Below are positions 1-13,326 of a stretch of 64,000 bases of DNA, in pieces. The notes under the pieces were generated by a model. That model was not told the DNA's origin, made no database searches, and worked only from the letters and a program-made list of their open reading frames with translations. A program made the position numbers and the translations under genes. The first letter of the stretch is position 1; each line of letters opens with the position of its first letter. Source of the stretch: Malacoraja senta (taxonomy: Eukaryota); contig CM075988.1 in NCBI GenBank assembly GCA_038087875.1, forward strand, positions 19,408,001 to 19,472,000, written 5' to 3'.

Positions 1-99
1 GCATCGCGCTGGGCCAGGCCGACCCCTACTTCACCAATCCAGTGCCGCCACGACACCGAGCCTTAAAATGAGAAAATAAGAAACTGCAGATCTCCTTTG

Positions 100-258
100 G
101 CACTTAATAGAGCTCTTAAAGATAGCAGAGTCAGGGGATATGGTGAGAAGGCAGGAACGGGATACTGAATGTGGATCAGCCAGGATCACCGTGAATGACG
201 GTGCTGGCTCGAAGGTCCGAATGGCCTACTCCTGCACCTATTGTCTATTGTCTTGTCT
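100..258 (+). mobile_element. CR1 LINE 3' end fragment
   Basis: ggatatggtgagaaggcagg...ggctcgaaggtccgaatggcctactcctgcacctatt matches the 3' UTR of the CR1 copies ending at 18762 and 25370. Confidence 0.8.
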
Positions 259-3200
259 AAGATCGGACTTTTCAAGGACTTGGAAGTTGCAAGATGGTGC
301 TGGAACATGGCGACTCTCTGCTAGCTGTTCCAGAAGAGGATCTATTGTACACATGTATGGTCAGATTCGACTGGATATAAACTGACGTTATATCATCTTA
401 TATATTTCTATCAGGTCTCCCCACCACCTCCAGCAATCCAGTGAAAAGAATCCAGGTCTATCCAATCTCTCCCTGTAGCTCATACCCCTTCATCCAGGCA
501 TCATTGTAGTAAACCTCTTCTTCAATCTTTCCAAAGCCTCCACATCCTTCCGGGCAAAGGGGAGACCAGATCCGCAAGCAATACTCCAAGCGGCCTAGCC
601 AAAGTCGTAAAGAGCTGCACCGTGACTTCCTGACTCAAGAGCAGGCTGCTTAATGCTGAATGTGGTTGAGCTTTCTGAGTGCAACCCGCAGTCATCCGGG
701 CAAACAGAGTCGTCCATCAGTCCCCTGACAGGTGCTGTAGCTACTAGACAGCCTTCAAGTATCAAGAGTCGAGCACCTGTAAAACCAAAATGATCGGCAG
801 CAGGATCATAAACCACAGGGTGTCACCCGTAAGTCATGAGCTGTCCAACATGGCCACATCTCTCAGAATTGGTACATGCTTTAGCAACTTGAACAAGCAA
901 AATATGACATGGACCAGAGAAACTGCCAAGATGCATTTCATCATTTGAGTTCAGTTTAGTTTAGTTTAGTTTGGAGATACAGCACAGAAACAGGCCCTTC
1001 GGCCCACCGAGTCCCACCCACTAACACTATCTGACGCTATCATGTTCAATGCTGACACAGTGGGCCGAAGGACCTTTACGTGTGTTGTACTGACCTACAT
1101 TCTATGCTTTTTCTGTGGGGGACAAAAAGGGACAGACGGTATTTCAGGTAATCCAGGTGAAGACTCTCAACCCAAAATGTTGACTGACCATTTCCCTCCA
1201 CAGGTGCTACCTATCCACCCGAGCTCCACCAGCAGTTTGTTTGTTGAAAAGGTTGAATTGTTGAAGCCAGCGTATATTTATCTGCACCGACTCAATGCTT
1301 TGCACTCAAGCCACTGTAAGTAAATCTCCCTGTATTAAGAGCTATCCCAGAGTATTACTATGATCTTCTCTTGTATAAATATCACAGCCCACGAGGCTAA
1401 CTACACTTGATAAACAGAAACTGTATTGGAAACCCTGGAACGAGCATCTGATTGAATATCACACAGGGGGTTGTGAGGCCGTTCTCCACTCCACAAGGAA
1501 GCTTTTGTTCAGTTTACACCCTTTTCAAAAGCTTCTGGTATCGTCTCAAGTAAAACTAAAGGCTTCCGTGACGGACTTAGCACCATCTCCAGGCTCTTAG
1601 CAAAGTGACACGCTTAACGGATAGAAAACTCTTCATAAGACATGCATTAGAATAACCGGTTCTTCGGAACACGCATCTTTCGAGGCCTCGCTGATTTATT
1701 TATCGAACATAATTTGTTAAATATTTAGCAGGTAGCTCTGGAATGTTTTTGCACCACTCTTTCTACCCAGAGAACCGATCGAAAAATTCCATTTACGCAT
1801 ACACTGGACAGATGAGTGGGGTGAGTGAGGAAGATTTGGTAGCACTGGGCCACATGGACCCACAACATATTCTGTGCCCAGAAACCATCGACTCATTAAA
1901 GGAGAACCGATGAAATACGTCTCCTCTCTTTCAAAATATGGAAGAAAGCTTCACATTTTCTTTTTAGGTATTTTTTTCTGCTTGGCTATAGGTGGGGGTA
2001 GGGAAGATGCAAGATGCAGGACACCTGCAGATGCTGCAATCTGGAGCAAAAGACAAAATGCTGGAGGAACTCAGCGGTTCAGGCAGCATCTGTGATGGGA
2101 GTGGACAGACGACTTTTCGGGTCGGGACTCCTCTTCAGACTCTGAAGGAATTAGGAGGTGGTCAAACACATAGAGGAGTACAGGCTGTTGACTGTGTTCA
2201 CCATCACTTGTACTGTCCAGGTGTCTACAATGCAAGTCGCTTGAATCTAACCAAAAGCATTGAAAGGGGTGGAAGTGGGATCCTAGTTTAGTTTAGGTTA
2301 ATTTATTATTGTTACATGTACAGGGGTACAGTGAAAAGCTTATTTGTCGCCTGCAATCCAATCAGCAAAAAGACTATATATGTTTACAATCAAACCATCC
2401 ACTGTGTACAGATGCTGGATAAAGAGTATAAGATTTAGTGTAAGATAAAGTCAAATAAAGTCAGATTAATGACAGTACGAAGGTTTCCAATGAGGTAGAT
2501 GGGAGGTCAGGACTGCTCTCTAGTTGGTGATAGGATAGTTCAGTTGGCTGATAACAACTGGGAAGAAAATGACCCTGAATCTGGAGGAATGCACGGACAC
2601 ATTTCTGTACCTCTTGCCTGACAGGACTGGTCTTTGGAGCACAATCCATCCCACTCACCACCTGCATGGTTTCCATGGCCACACACACTTCCTGTGACCT
2701 CGTGGGTCAAAGGCCACTCTTGCCCTCACCTTTGTGGCCGACCACAAGATGGAGGAGTGGTCACCGATGATACAAAAGTGGGTGGTATTGCAAATAGTGA
2801 AGATGGTTGTCAAAAATTGCAGCAGGATCTTGATCGGTTGGCCAGGTGGGCTGAGGAATGGATGATGGGATTTAATACAGAGAAATGTGCTTAGTTGCAT
2901 TTTGGAATGTTTTACACGGGCAGATCTCACAGAGTGAGTGGAAGGGCTCTGGGGATGTATTGAGGAGCAGAACTATCTTAACTATCATGTACTGACCTCT
3001 TGTCAGCACACTTTTAAAAATATCCCACTTTCTTAACGTTCCTTTTCCTTCACTCAACCTACTCCAATCAACTTGAGAGAGTCGCTGTCTCATACCCTCA
3101 AAGTTGGCCTTGCCTCAATTTAGCATTTTAACTCATGGGTCCCCTCTGTCCCTATCCATAACAATCTTAAACCTAATTGAACAGTGGTCACTGGTCCCAA

Positions 3201-3261
3201 AAGGCTCATCCATGAACACTTCATCCAATTGTCCCTCCCAATTTCCCCAAACGAGATCAAG

Positions 3262-3330
3262 TGTTGCCCTCCCCATGTGAGGGCCCTCCACATGTTGCCC
3301 TCCCCCATGTGAGGGCCCTCCACATGTTGC
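3262..3330 (+). repeat. Tandem duplication of an approximately 31-bp unit (tgttgccctccccatgtgagggccctccaca)
   Basis: Two adjacent copies at a CR1/SINE junction. Confidence 0.85.
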
Positions 3331-3548
3331 AGGATACTAGTTCTATCCTACACACTAGGGGCAATTTACAGAAACCAATTAACCTACAACTCTGCACGTC
3401 TTTTGGAACGTGGGAGGAAACCAGAGCATCCAGAGAAAAAACCCACGCGGTCACGGGGAGAACGTGCAAACTCCCGTACAGACAGCAGCCGTAGTCAGGA
3501 TCGAACCCGGGTCTTTGGAGCTGCGAGGCAGCAAACTCTACCGCTGCG
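3330..3548 (-). mobile_element. tRNA-derived V-SINE (HE1-like), 3'-truncated; copy 2 near 41295..41510
   Basis: The reverse strand reads gcgcagcggtagag...cccgggttcgatcctgactacgg (A/B boxes), followed by the V-domain-like gtttgcacgttctccccgtgacc. Confidence 0.8.
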
Positions 3549-4439
3549 CCTCTGTGCCGCTCATGAGGGGAAATAGGTGAAAGGCAAGCCTTCTGCGAAC
3601 ACAATCATCGGAGAATTACCAGGCATTCAAGATACACAGTGCCAGCCTGCAAGAGATGCACTTCCATGGGCCAGAAATCAGCCTCAGGAGAATTCTTTAT
3701 GGTTTAAATAAAATGTTTTGCTTTCCTCTCTTGACGAGACGTGGGATACCAGCACAGCTACTTCAGTTTGAGATTTGATAATCGGCAAATATACCCCCTG
3801 GCGTCTGGGCTTCCTTAACGCTGAACTGCACAGCGATCTCATTAATTATCGCATTGTTATTTCAGGGGGTTCACTATGAACACGATGGCTGTTGGATTTC
3901 CAACAGAGTGTGTACAAATGCCTGCAGTCAAAGATCTTGACCACTGATCCACAGACGCAGGTTAGAGATATAAAATGTAGTATTAAGTAAATACACAACT
4001 TTAAAAACAAACTGTTTTTCGTAAACAGCGTTGGATGGCTGGTCACTTTAATTCATGCTTCATATATTTTGTGACTGTTGGCAGATCAATCTCCCTCCTG
4101 GGATAAATAAAGTTCTATCGTATTGTATCGTATCGCAAAATCCAAATGATTGACTAAAATTAAAACAGAGCATGCTGGAAATACTCGGCAGGTCAGGCAG
4201 CATCCGTGGAAAGAGAAGCCGAGCTAATGTCAAAAATGTTTCTTCAGAGCTGGGAAGAGAAAAAGCAAGTGAGTATTAAGCAGTAAATTGTGAGGAGGAT
4301 GAATGGGACAAAGAGTATACAATACCTTGGATAAGGTGAGGTCACACTATTGTACACATCTACATGAAGCGCTGCCTCAAGAAGATGGCATCAATCATCA
4401 AGGAATTCCACCATCCAGGCCATGCCCTCTTAAAGTCAG

Positions 4440-4890
4440 AATCATAGAGTCACACAGTGTGGAAACAGGTCCTTCGACCCAACTTGCCCACATCGACCAA
4501 CCTGTCCCATCTATACTAGTCCCACTTGCCTATGTTTAGCCCATATCCCTCTAGACCTACTCTATCCAAGTACCTGTCTAGATGTATCTTAAACGTTGCA
4601 ATAGTACCTGCCTCAACTACCTCCTCCTTCAGCACGTTCCATATACCCACCACCCTTTGTGTGAAAAATGTACCCCTCAGATTCTTATAAAATCTTTCCC
4701 CCTTCACCTTAAATCTATGCCTTTTGGTGCTCGATTCCACTACTCCGGCTGAGAGACTCTGTACGTCTACCCTATCTATTCTTCTCATAATTGTATACAC
4801 CTCTATAAGATCGCTCCTCATCGTCCTGCACTACAGGGAATAGTCCCAGCCTGCTCAACCTATAGCTCAGACCCTCGAGTCCTGGCAACA
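4440..4890 (-). mobile_element. CR1 LINE 3' fragment (copy 2 near 42406..42856)
   Basis: ORF 4516..4821 (MRSDLIEVYTIMRRIDRVD...FFTQRVVGIWN) is the CR1 ORF2 C-terminus, followed by the 3' UTR. Confidence 0.85.
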
Positions 4891-5489
4891 TCAGCACAAC
4901 TTAACAACATCTTTCCTATAAGATACTGTCCTATAAGATGCTTTCCTATAAGATTCCCAGAGCTGTCCTCTTCTCACTGCTACTGTTAGACCACCAGGTT
5001 CAGGAATAGCTACTTTCTGACAACCATCAATTTCTTGAACTGACCAGCACAACCCTAATCCTAGGTCCTGCCTCTTGCATTTCCATGGACTTGATTTGTT
5101 TCTTCTAAATGAATTTGCACTTATGACATGCTTTTTTGCATAGTCTTTTTCTTTCACTGTCTTGCAGAATGTATGTTTAATTTACATGCAGGTACAATGT
5201 GTGTGTTGTTGATGTGCCTGTGAAGCTGCTGTGAGCAAGATTTTTCATTGTACTTGTACCTCAGTTGCATCTGACAATAAACTCAACTTGACTTGGACTG
5301 ATTTGACTTGACTTGCTCTGGAGATAAGCTGTTGAGGAGACAACCTGATCGATGATGTGGTTCGACTCCAACCGGTTCACTAATGTTCTCCAGTGGAGAA
5401 ATATGTAATCCTTCCTCAGTTTGGCCGACTTGTGACTCTAGACCCACTAATGTTCTTATCCTTCAGAGTCACCTCAGTCGGAGAAAATT

Positions 5490-6365
5490 AAGTATGGACA
5501 CTGAGGGATAAGATTACCATACATTTGGATAGACAGGGGCTGATTGGGCATAGTCAGCATGATTTTGCACGTGGGAGATGGTGTCTTACGAATCACATTA
5601 AGTTTTTTAAAAGAATTAACCAAAAAGGTTGACGAGAGCAAGGCCAGAGATGTTGTCTGCATGGACTTCAGCAAGGAATTTGATAAGGTTCCGCATGGTA
5701 GGGTTCTCTGGAAAGTTAGAATGCATGGGATCCAGGGAGATCTCACCAACTGGATAGAGAATTGGCTTCATAGAAGGAAGTAGAGGGTGATGGGGGACAG
5801 TTGTTTTGCGGACTGGGGGCCCGTGACTGATGGTTTGCCTCAAGGATTGGCGCTGGGCCCATTGCTGTTTATGGTTTATATCAACGATTTGGATGAGAAT
5901 GTACAGGTTATGATTAGTAAGTTTGCAGATGTCACTAAAGTGGGTGGTATTGTAGATAGGGAAGATGGTTATCAGAAATTACAGCAGAATCTTGATCAGT
6001 TGGGCAAGTGGGCTGAGGAATGCTTAATGGAGTTTAATGCAGATAAGTGTGAGGTGTTGCACTTTGGGAACTGAAACCAGGGAAGGACCTACATAGTGAA
6101 TGGTAGGAGCAATTAGATCTAGAAGTGCAGGTACACAAAGGATGGTGGGTGTATGGGACGAGCTGCCAGAGGAGGTGGTTGAGGCTGGGACTAACCCAAC
6201 ATTTAATGAACAGTTAGACAGGTACATGGATAGGACAGGTTTGGAGGGATATGGACCAAAAGCAGGCAGGTGGGACTAGTGTAGCGGGGACATGTTGGCC
6301 GGAGCACGCAAGTTGGGCCAAAGGGCCTGTTTCCACACTGTAACACTCTATAACTCTGTGACTCT
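5490..6365 (+). mobile_element. Degenerate CR1 RT fragment plus 3' UTR (copy 2 near 43456..44330)
   Basis: MDFSKEFDKVPH, GLPQGLALGPLLF and SKFADVTK motifs, with stops and frameshifts. Confidence 0.85.
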
Positions 6366-7222
6366 GTGAATTTTGTATACATAGAGATATTACGGGCAAA
6401 TTCTGGTGACCCCACGGGGCTATGGATTGGCTCCAGCCAATTCTTTCAGGACTCATTCAGCTCTGCAAATGCACAAATAATTTAATTAACAAACACAAAA
6501 AGTAATGTTTTATGCCTTGGAGCAATCTCCCCACTGATAGAATTTGAATGTGAATAGATCATGAGATGATATAATATTCTCAGACTCCAAAAAGCATTTT
6601 GGCTGAATTTAGCTCGAGGATATAATTGTGTTCTTTTGTATGAATTCTCTGAAACCATTATAAAGTTTGAAACATGTGGCTCATTTACTTTCAGGTGACA
6701 GATTGCATTGGTTGCTTGTTGGACACAGGTATTTGAGTTCTCATTATATGGTTCTTTTGATCAATCATCCTTAACTAAGTAGAGTTCCCATTCATTCCCA
6801 ACCATCTGAATGAACAAGTCCTGCTTCTTCTTCCTGTCTTGAGTTTTGATTGCTTTAATTCGTTTCAGGCAGAAGATTCTGCATTCAATCTCATCCACAA
6901 GAGGTGAGCATAAAGACCTAGGCTGATGGCTCCAAGATGATACTGAGGGAGGGCAGATGCCTGGACATGGAGTAATGGAGATATGTGACGATATTGAGTG
7001 TTACCCGTACAAAGTTACTAAGCTTAAGTCAAGACATTAAGCTCTATCTGTTATGTATCTACCAGCAGCCTCATTTTTGGAAGATTATACTCTATCGACC
7101 CACATTTCAAAGACTAATTTACTTCACTGCCCAGGTCCTACTTCTGAGTCGGATTAACTGCCAATAATCTCTATTTTGAGCAATTGATCCCTCTCCCAGT
7201 CTAGGAGGAGCTACAAGAACAT

Positions 7223-7531
7223 CAGTGGCGCAGCGGTAGAGTTGCTGTCTTACAGCGCTTGCAGCACCAGAGACCCGGGTTCAATCCTGAATAGGGGTGC
7301 TGTCTGTACAGAGTTTGTACTTTCTCCCCGTGACCACGGGGGTTTTCTCCGAGATCTTCGGTTTCCTCTCACACTCCAAAGACTTACAGGTTTGTAGGTT
7401 AATTGGCTTGGTGTATGTGTAAATTGTCCCTAGTGTGTAGGATAGCGTTAATGTGCGGGGATCGCTGGTCGGTGCGGACTTCGTGGGCCGAACAGTCTGT
7501 TTCCGCTCGGTATCTCTAAACTAAAACTAAA
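7223..7531 (+). mobile_element. tRNA-derived V-SINE (HE1-like), near full length; copy 2 near 45187..45495
   Basis: A box tggcgcagcggt, B box gggttcaatcc, central V-domain-like sequence, CR1-like tail gggccgaa...ctgtttcc and a (ctaaa)n end. Confidence 0.88.
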
Positions 7532-7719
7532 CAGCTGCCCACTAGATCCGTATCCCTTTCTGTTGATTTAAAACAACATTATTTTGATTTACAACAGAGG
7601 TAGATCTTAAATCTTATGAGGAACACATGCTCCAATATACATCAGCCATAATTGAATGGCAGAGCAGACTTGATGGGCTGAATGGCCTAATGTCCTGATA
7701 TTTTATGATCTATGATCTT

Positions 7720-8640
7720 CCAACAAGAGGATGTGTTCTCAGCCTCTTACTATATTCTCTTCATACTCACAAACAACTGCGCGTCCAAATTCTGCTCTAC
7801 GTCCATCTACAAGTTTCAGATGACATCATGGTGGTGGGCTGGTTCATGAACAATGACGAGACAGGATTATAGATGAGATGGAGAACATAGTAAAATGATG
7901 TCAAAACAACCTCTACCTCAATGTCTGCAAAATGAAGGAGCTAAATATTGACTTAAGGAAGTTGGTACATGCCCCAATTAGCATCAATGGTGCTGAAGTG
8001 GAGATCATCGAGAGCTTCAAGTTCCTGGATATAAATATCACCAACAATTTGTTCTGGTCGAACAACATTGAAGCAATGACCATGAAAGCATGCCAATGCC
8101 TCTACCTCCTTGGAAGACCTTCACTATTACAACGTTTAAGAAACATTTAGATAGGTACATGAACAGGATAGGTTTAGAAGACTATGGGCCAAATGCAGGC
8201 AGGTGGGACTAGTGTAGATGGAGCATCTTGATCGGCGTGGGTGTTGGACCGGAGGGCCTTTTCTCACGCAGTATGACAAGGGATATTTAGTATTTCTCCA
8301 ATGACCCTTACCAGTTTCTACAGATGTGCCATGGAAGGCATCCTATACAGATGCATCACAGGTTGGTGCGGCAACTGGTCTGCTCAAGACCTCAAGAACT
8401 TGCAGAGAAACCAAACAATCTTAAACACTGCCCATTCCATTATACAAACCAGCCCACCCACATCGATATGCTTCACATTGCCCTGAGAAAGCAGCCAACA
8501 TAATCAAGGACTACATACATCACAGTCGTTCCCTCTTCTCCCCTCTCCCATTGGGCAGAAAATACAAAAGCCTGAAAGGACGTAGCATCAGATTCAAGCA
8601 CAGTTTCTGCCTCACTGTTATCAGTCTACTAAATGGACCT
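7720..8640 (+). mobile_element. Degenerate Rex1/Babar LINE RT-to-3' fragment (copy 2 near 45684..46604)
   Basis: Translated pieces KELNIDLRK..HAPISINGAEVEIIESFKFLDINITNNL and LTSFYRCAMEGIL..CITGWCGN..QDLKNLQR are typical of Rex1 ORFs. Interrupted by a CR1 tail at about 8130-8275. Confidence 0.75.
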
Positions 8641-8653
8641 CTCATCAGCAAGG

Positions 8654-8887
8654 TGTAGAAAGGAACTGCAGATGGTGGTTTAAACTGACGATAGGCACAT
8701 AATTCTGGCATAACTCAGCAGGACAAGCAGCATGTATGGAGAGAAGGAATGGGTGACGTTTCTGGTCGAGACCCTTCTTCACACTAAAGAGTCTAAAGAA
8801 GTGTCTCGACCTGAAATGTCACCCATTCCTTCTCTCCAGAGATGCTGCCTGTCCCGCTGAGTTCCTCCAGCATTTTGTGTCTATCTT
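8654..8887. mobile_element. Palindromic PLE-derived mini-element with 15-bp TSD (copy 2 at 46618..46851)
   Basis: TSD ctctcatcagcaagg at 8639..8653 and 8888..8902. The two arms are inverted copies of the PLE 3' terminus seen at 16981..17073. Confidence 0.85.
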
Positions 8888-9136
8888 CTCTCATCAGCAA
8901 GGGATGTATTCCCAATCTTCCAACCTACATCATTGCAACCCTTGCGCATTTTATAACTGCACTTTCTGTCACTGGAACACCAAATTCCCCATTCTGTTTA
9001 TTTTTTCTTTGCATCATTTGACGTACTCATGTATGATACGATTTGACTGGATAGTATGCAAAAATATGTTTTTTGCTATATCTTGTACATAGGGCAATAA
9101 TAATAAATAAATAACAAGGATCTATTTTCCCGTTAT

Positions 9137-9320
9137 GTGTAGGAAAGAACTGCACATACTGGTTTAAATTGAAGATAGACACAAAATGCTGGAGTAACTC
9201 AGCGGGACAGACAACATATCTGGAGAGAAGGAATCGATGACGTTTCGGGTCGAGTCCCTTCTCCATGTTCTCCAGAGATGCTGCCTGTCCCGCTGAGTTA
9301 CTCCAGCATTTTGTGTCTAC
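9137..9320. mobile_element. Palindromic PLE-derived mini-element with 12-bp TSD (copy 2 at 47101..47284)
   Basis: TSD ttttccc(g/a)ttat at 9125..9136 and 9321..9332. Inverted arms gacacaaaatgctggagtaactcagcgggacag / ctgtcccgctgagttactccagcattttgtgtc. Confidence 0.82.
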
Positions 9321-9894
9321 TTTTCCCATTATTATGTTTTGTTTCTCAGGGTCATTTCTAAATGACAGTTTAAGGCTCAGATCTGTGGCTTAAATCATAT
9401 TTATTTTCAGACACAGGCCATATGTGGCAGAGGGAGATTTAATGCATGCTTTCTACACAAAATATAGTGCACCAGTGGTACATTAATTACATGTAATATG
9501 CTGGCATTCACTATAGTATAGAAAACGACACAGAGGGCTGCAGTACCTCAGCGGGTCAGGCAGCATCTCTGGAGAACATGGAAAGGTGACAGTTTGGGTC
9601 GGGACCATTCTTCAGACGCAGTATAGCATTGTAAAGAATCATGCATTACAGTAACACTTAATATTCTGTAAAATGAAATGACAAAATGGAACTAGCAGGC
9701 TGGTTTTCCCCAAAGATGTTTTAAAATTACACGTTATCAGAACGCTGTAATTTATGGCTATCAAAATGACATCAAAATGTCCCTGAGATCCCAGCGCACA
9801 GCTTCCAACAACAATCAAAACATGCCAGATGTTGAAGATGCCAAGCACAAATTGCTGGAGAATCGGTGGGCCAGGCAGCATCTATGGAGGGAGT

Positions 9895-10210
9895 GGGAGA
9901 GTCCAGGACCAGAGGTCATAGCCTCAGAATTAAAAGACGTTTCTTTAGGAAGGAGATGAGGAGGAATTTCTTTGTTCACGGGGTGGTGAATCTGTGGAAT
10001 TCATTGCCACAGAAGATTGCGGCGGCCAAGTCAATGGATATTTTTAAGGCAGAGATAGATAGATTCTTGATTAGTATGGGTGTCATGGGTAGAAGGCAGG
10101 AGATGGGGTTAAGAGGGAAAGGTAGATCAGCCATGATTGGATGGCGGAGTAGACAAGCCTAATTCTGCTCCTATCACTTATGAACCTATGAACTTATGAA
10201 CTTATGAACT
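9895..10210 (+). mobile_element. CR1 3' fragment with (tatgaact)n tail (copy 2 near 47859..48174)
   Basis: [13 protein letters not shown]...VVNLWNSLPQK C-terminal motif and an 8-bp tandem tail. Confidence 0.85.
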
Positions 10211-11409
10211 TCCTTGTTGTTGATGGTCACAACTCCGACCTCTGGATCAAGAGGTCAAGTATCTAACCATTCCTCGGTTGTACATGACAGAGATTAGGAC
10301 CGAGTGGATTGCAGATTGTCAACAGTGTTAACGTTCACACACCACACTAAACAGAGGCTTTATCCGTCCACTCAGGGGGATAACAAGTGCTTCAAGTCCC
10401 TATTACCAGAGTTCCCTCAGTATTTTAAAAATAATTCCACGTCTTATTTTAGATCAAGCGACATAGAAACTACTGGCAGATTTGTCTACAATACACTTTG
10501 AACTTTGGAAGATATATTGGTGCAAGAAGTTGAAAACCGTGGCCACCAGGTTTAGGAACAACTTCTTCCCAGCAACTATCAGGCTCTTGAACACCACACA
10601 ACACTAACCTCAGCAACTATGATCTTCTATGGACTGTGTCTCTGGTTGCACTATGGACCGGTTTGGCATTATTATGGTTGTCCAGCATTGTGATTATTAA
10701 TTTCTTGTGTTATTGATTATTAAATATTTATCTATATGTTATTGTATTACGGGGCTGTCCAGCTGCAGCGAGTAAGAATTTCATTATTCTGCTGTCGGAA
10801 CATTTGACAATTAAATACTTTCTTGGCACACTCTTAACAAACTTGGACAAACTGTTCTTTGAGAGATGCCAAACGTGATGCCAAGTTAAACTGATCCCAT
10901 CTCCCTGCACGTGATCCATATCCCTCTATTCCCTGAACTTCCATGTGCCGGTCTAAAAGCCTCTTCAACCCAACTATTGTATCTGCCTGCACCACCACCC
11001 TTGGCAACGTGTTCCAGGCCCCACCACCCTCTGTGTAAAAAACTTGCCCTTTAAACTTTCCTCCTCTCACCTTATGTGAGACCAAGATCAGGATAGAACC
11101 TGGGTCTCTGGTGCTGTTTAAGTAGTAGTCCTACTAGCTATGCCACTGTGTCAGCCTGTGCAGTGCCCTGAGATGGATGTGAAAGGTGCTATAGAGAGGC
11201 AATCGTCATTGGTATCGGTATCACTTTACTATTGCACGTGTACCGAGATACAGTGAAATGGTGTGTGCTTGGTCTCAGAAGTGAAGCAAAAAACCTTGCA
11301 GGTCTCAGCTGAGATATTTTATCGGACTTTACCTTGGACTAAACGTTATATCCTTTGTCCTGCATCTGTAAACTGTGGACGGCTTGACTGTAACCATGTA
11401 CAGTCTTTT

Positions 11410-11691
11410 TTTTTTTAATAATAATATTTTTATTAGAAGCAAAGACATATTATGATAAAAACATTTCATGTATATCAATCATAAATTATTAATATTATCA
11501 ATTGTGGATTGATTCTGCTTCTAGTTTTTTTATAGATAAAAAGTGAGAAAGAAAGAGAGAAGAGAAAAAAAAAGAAAACACAAATGTCAAGAGAAAAAAA
11601 AAGAGTGGAATAATTTACTAATAATACATCATTGGAGATATGTTCGTAGGTTATAAAGTATAACTTTTCATCTAATCCTAAGTTCAAGCTT
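11410..11691 (-). mobile_element. Poly(A)-tailed retroposon 3' UTR (L1/Tx1-like), 9-bp TSD; copy 2 near 49374..49655
   Basis: TSD cagtctttt at 11401..11409 and 11692..11700. The minus strand ends cttctaataaaaat...A-run, the same terminal motif as the element at 36610..36964. Confidence 0.6.
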
Positions 11692-12285
11692 CAGTCTTTT
11701 CACTGAGTGGATGGCACGCGACAAAAAAGCTTTTCACTGTACCTTGGTACAAGTGATAATAATATTAAACTCAACTAAACCAGCTGCCCAAACACATCTT
11801 TGATTCAAGAACTTTATCTAATTCAGTGTTTCTCAGGTATATTGTTTTGTAGAATGCAATTAATTGCCTGATTTTCAGAAGCCCTCCCATCCATTTGCGA
11901 TTGCCCTCGTCACCTCTGTACCCAATCGTCATTTAGACCAATCTAGCTACTGCAGGATCTGCAAAATTATAGAAATTGATGTGACCGATCCGTTTATCTG
12001 CAAGACACAAATTCGACAGTAAAATCCATCACATGGACTTAATAGCTTAACCTGACAAACTGGGAGGTGGAAATAGAAACCATATCTTAATCACTTTTAT
12101 TTCTAAATCATTAGTCTTTGGGCTCCAGCTTAGTCAAATTAATACTGCTGTCAAAAATCATATAATTTTGTAAAGCAAGTGCAGCGACTGTATGAGGTAA
12201 GGGATCTTATGCAAACACCAGAAATGGAAGTACAATCCATTGGATTGTGAAATGGAAGAGCCCCTACCATTCACACCTGATACTG

Positions 12286-13326
12286 TAGCAATGTTACAAA
12301 ATTTTGAGATTTTAAAAATAAAGTCTGCAATTTATCCCATCAGATAAAGCATAAAAATAAGTTTAATTTGACACTTAATTCACTTTAATATCTTCAGTAT
12401 TAAAAAAGTTATGGCCATTATCATACTCAGAAATTAGCATCTAGTTCCCTATTACTTTTCCATTGACTTAACACAAAAGCTGTGATCGAGGACAGTTAAA
12501 AGCCCATAACTTTCTTAAAAATTATGATAACTGAAAGAAATTTTCAGTTATTATAGATTGAAGCATTCTGAAACAAATATGAAGCAATCTTACTTCGAAG
12601 ACATGAAAGTAAAGCATATGATTAGTTAGTTACCTAATTGTAGCTAATTACAAAATTCAATTACTAGATCTAAACATCTATCAATTTCTTAAGAATAGAT
12701 TAACATTTTTAAATAGCCTAAGTGTCCAAATAACATTCACACAATAATTCACAATATAACATAATTTTTAAATCTCATTTTCATGAATTTACAGGCCAAA
12801 TGGAAGGAATTGAATGTTTAATATCTGTAAATTAATGGGGATTTAATTCATCCTGCGAGTGAGGATTTCTGGAACGCGATCTTTTGGAACGTTCATTTGC
12901 GGTGAATTTAACCCCGTATTGGCATGAAAAATACTGCCATTAATTCGGGGAATAAAATCACCGTGTCCCATGAAAAAATGTGAATTAAAGGCTTCTTAAG
13001 AAGCACTTTTATACATTTAAAGAAACCACTTTCGTTTACCTGTCCCGTGTGTGAAATCCGTCCCCGTTATCGGCGTTGACGCTTCAGGAGCTGCTTTTAA
13101 AATTACTCCAGCGCTGACATTGACGATTTAAATTTTTTTTTTAATTCACAAAACGCCGGTAGGAACGATTTGTCAGCCAAGGCTTGTACTCCAACAAAAT
13201 ATTAACCAGGACCAGGGAGGAGAAACCCGCGTTTTAACCCCGCCCCTCCTTAAAGGCGCCAAAATCGCGCACACGGCCAGTGGCAGAATTACAGCGCGAC
13301 TGAAGGTAAGTTTTGTAACATACCTA
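12286..13326. mobile_element. Non-autonomous DNA transposon (1041 bp), TAG...CTA termini, 7-bp TSD
   Basis: TIRs tagcaatgttacaaaa / ttttgtaacataccta (14 of 16 match). TSD gatactg at 12279..12285 and 13327..13333. No long ORF. Confidence 0.85.

Noticed and set aside
595..1950. Short ORFs in partly unique sequence
   Set aside because: No recognisable domains or consistent splice structure; the 1874..2095 ORF is not preserved in copy 2.
7223..7300. tRNA gene
   Set aside because: A and B boxes are present but run into a SINE body; no intact cloverleaf. The same applies to the other SINE heads.
8654..8887. Palindromes as MITEs or pre-miRNA genes
   Set aside because: The TSDs are long and variable (10-15 bp), the arms are asymmetric, and the sequence matches the PLE terminus, which points to a retroelement origin.
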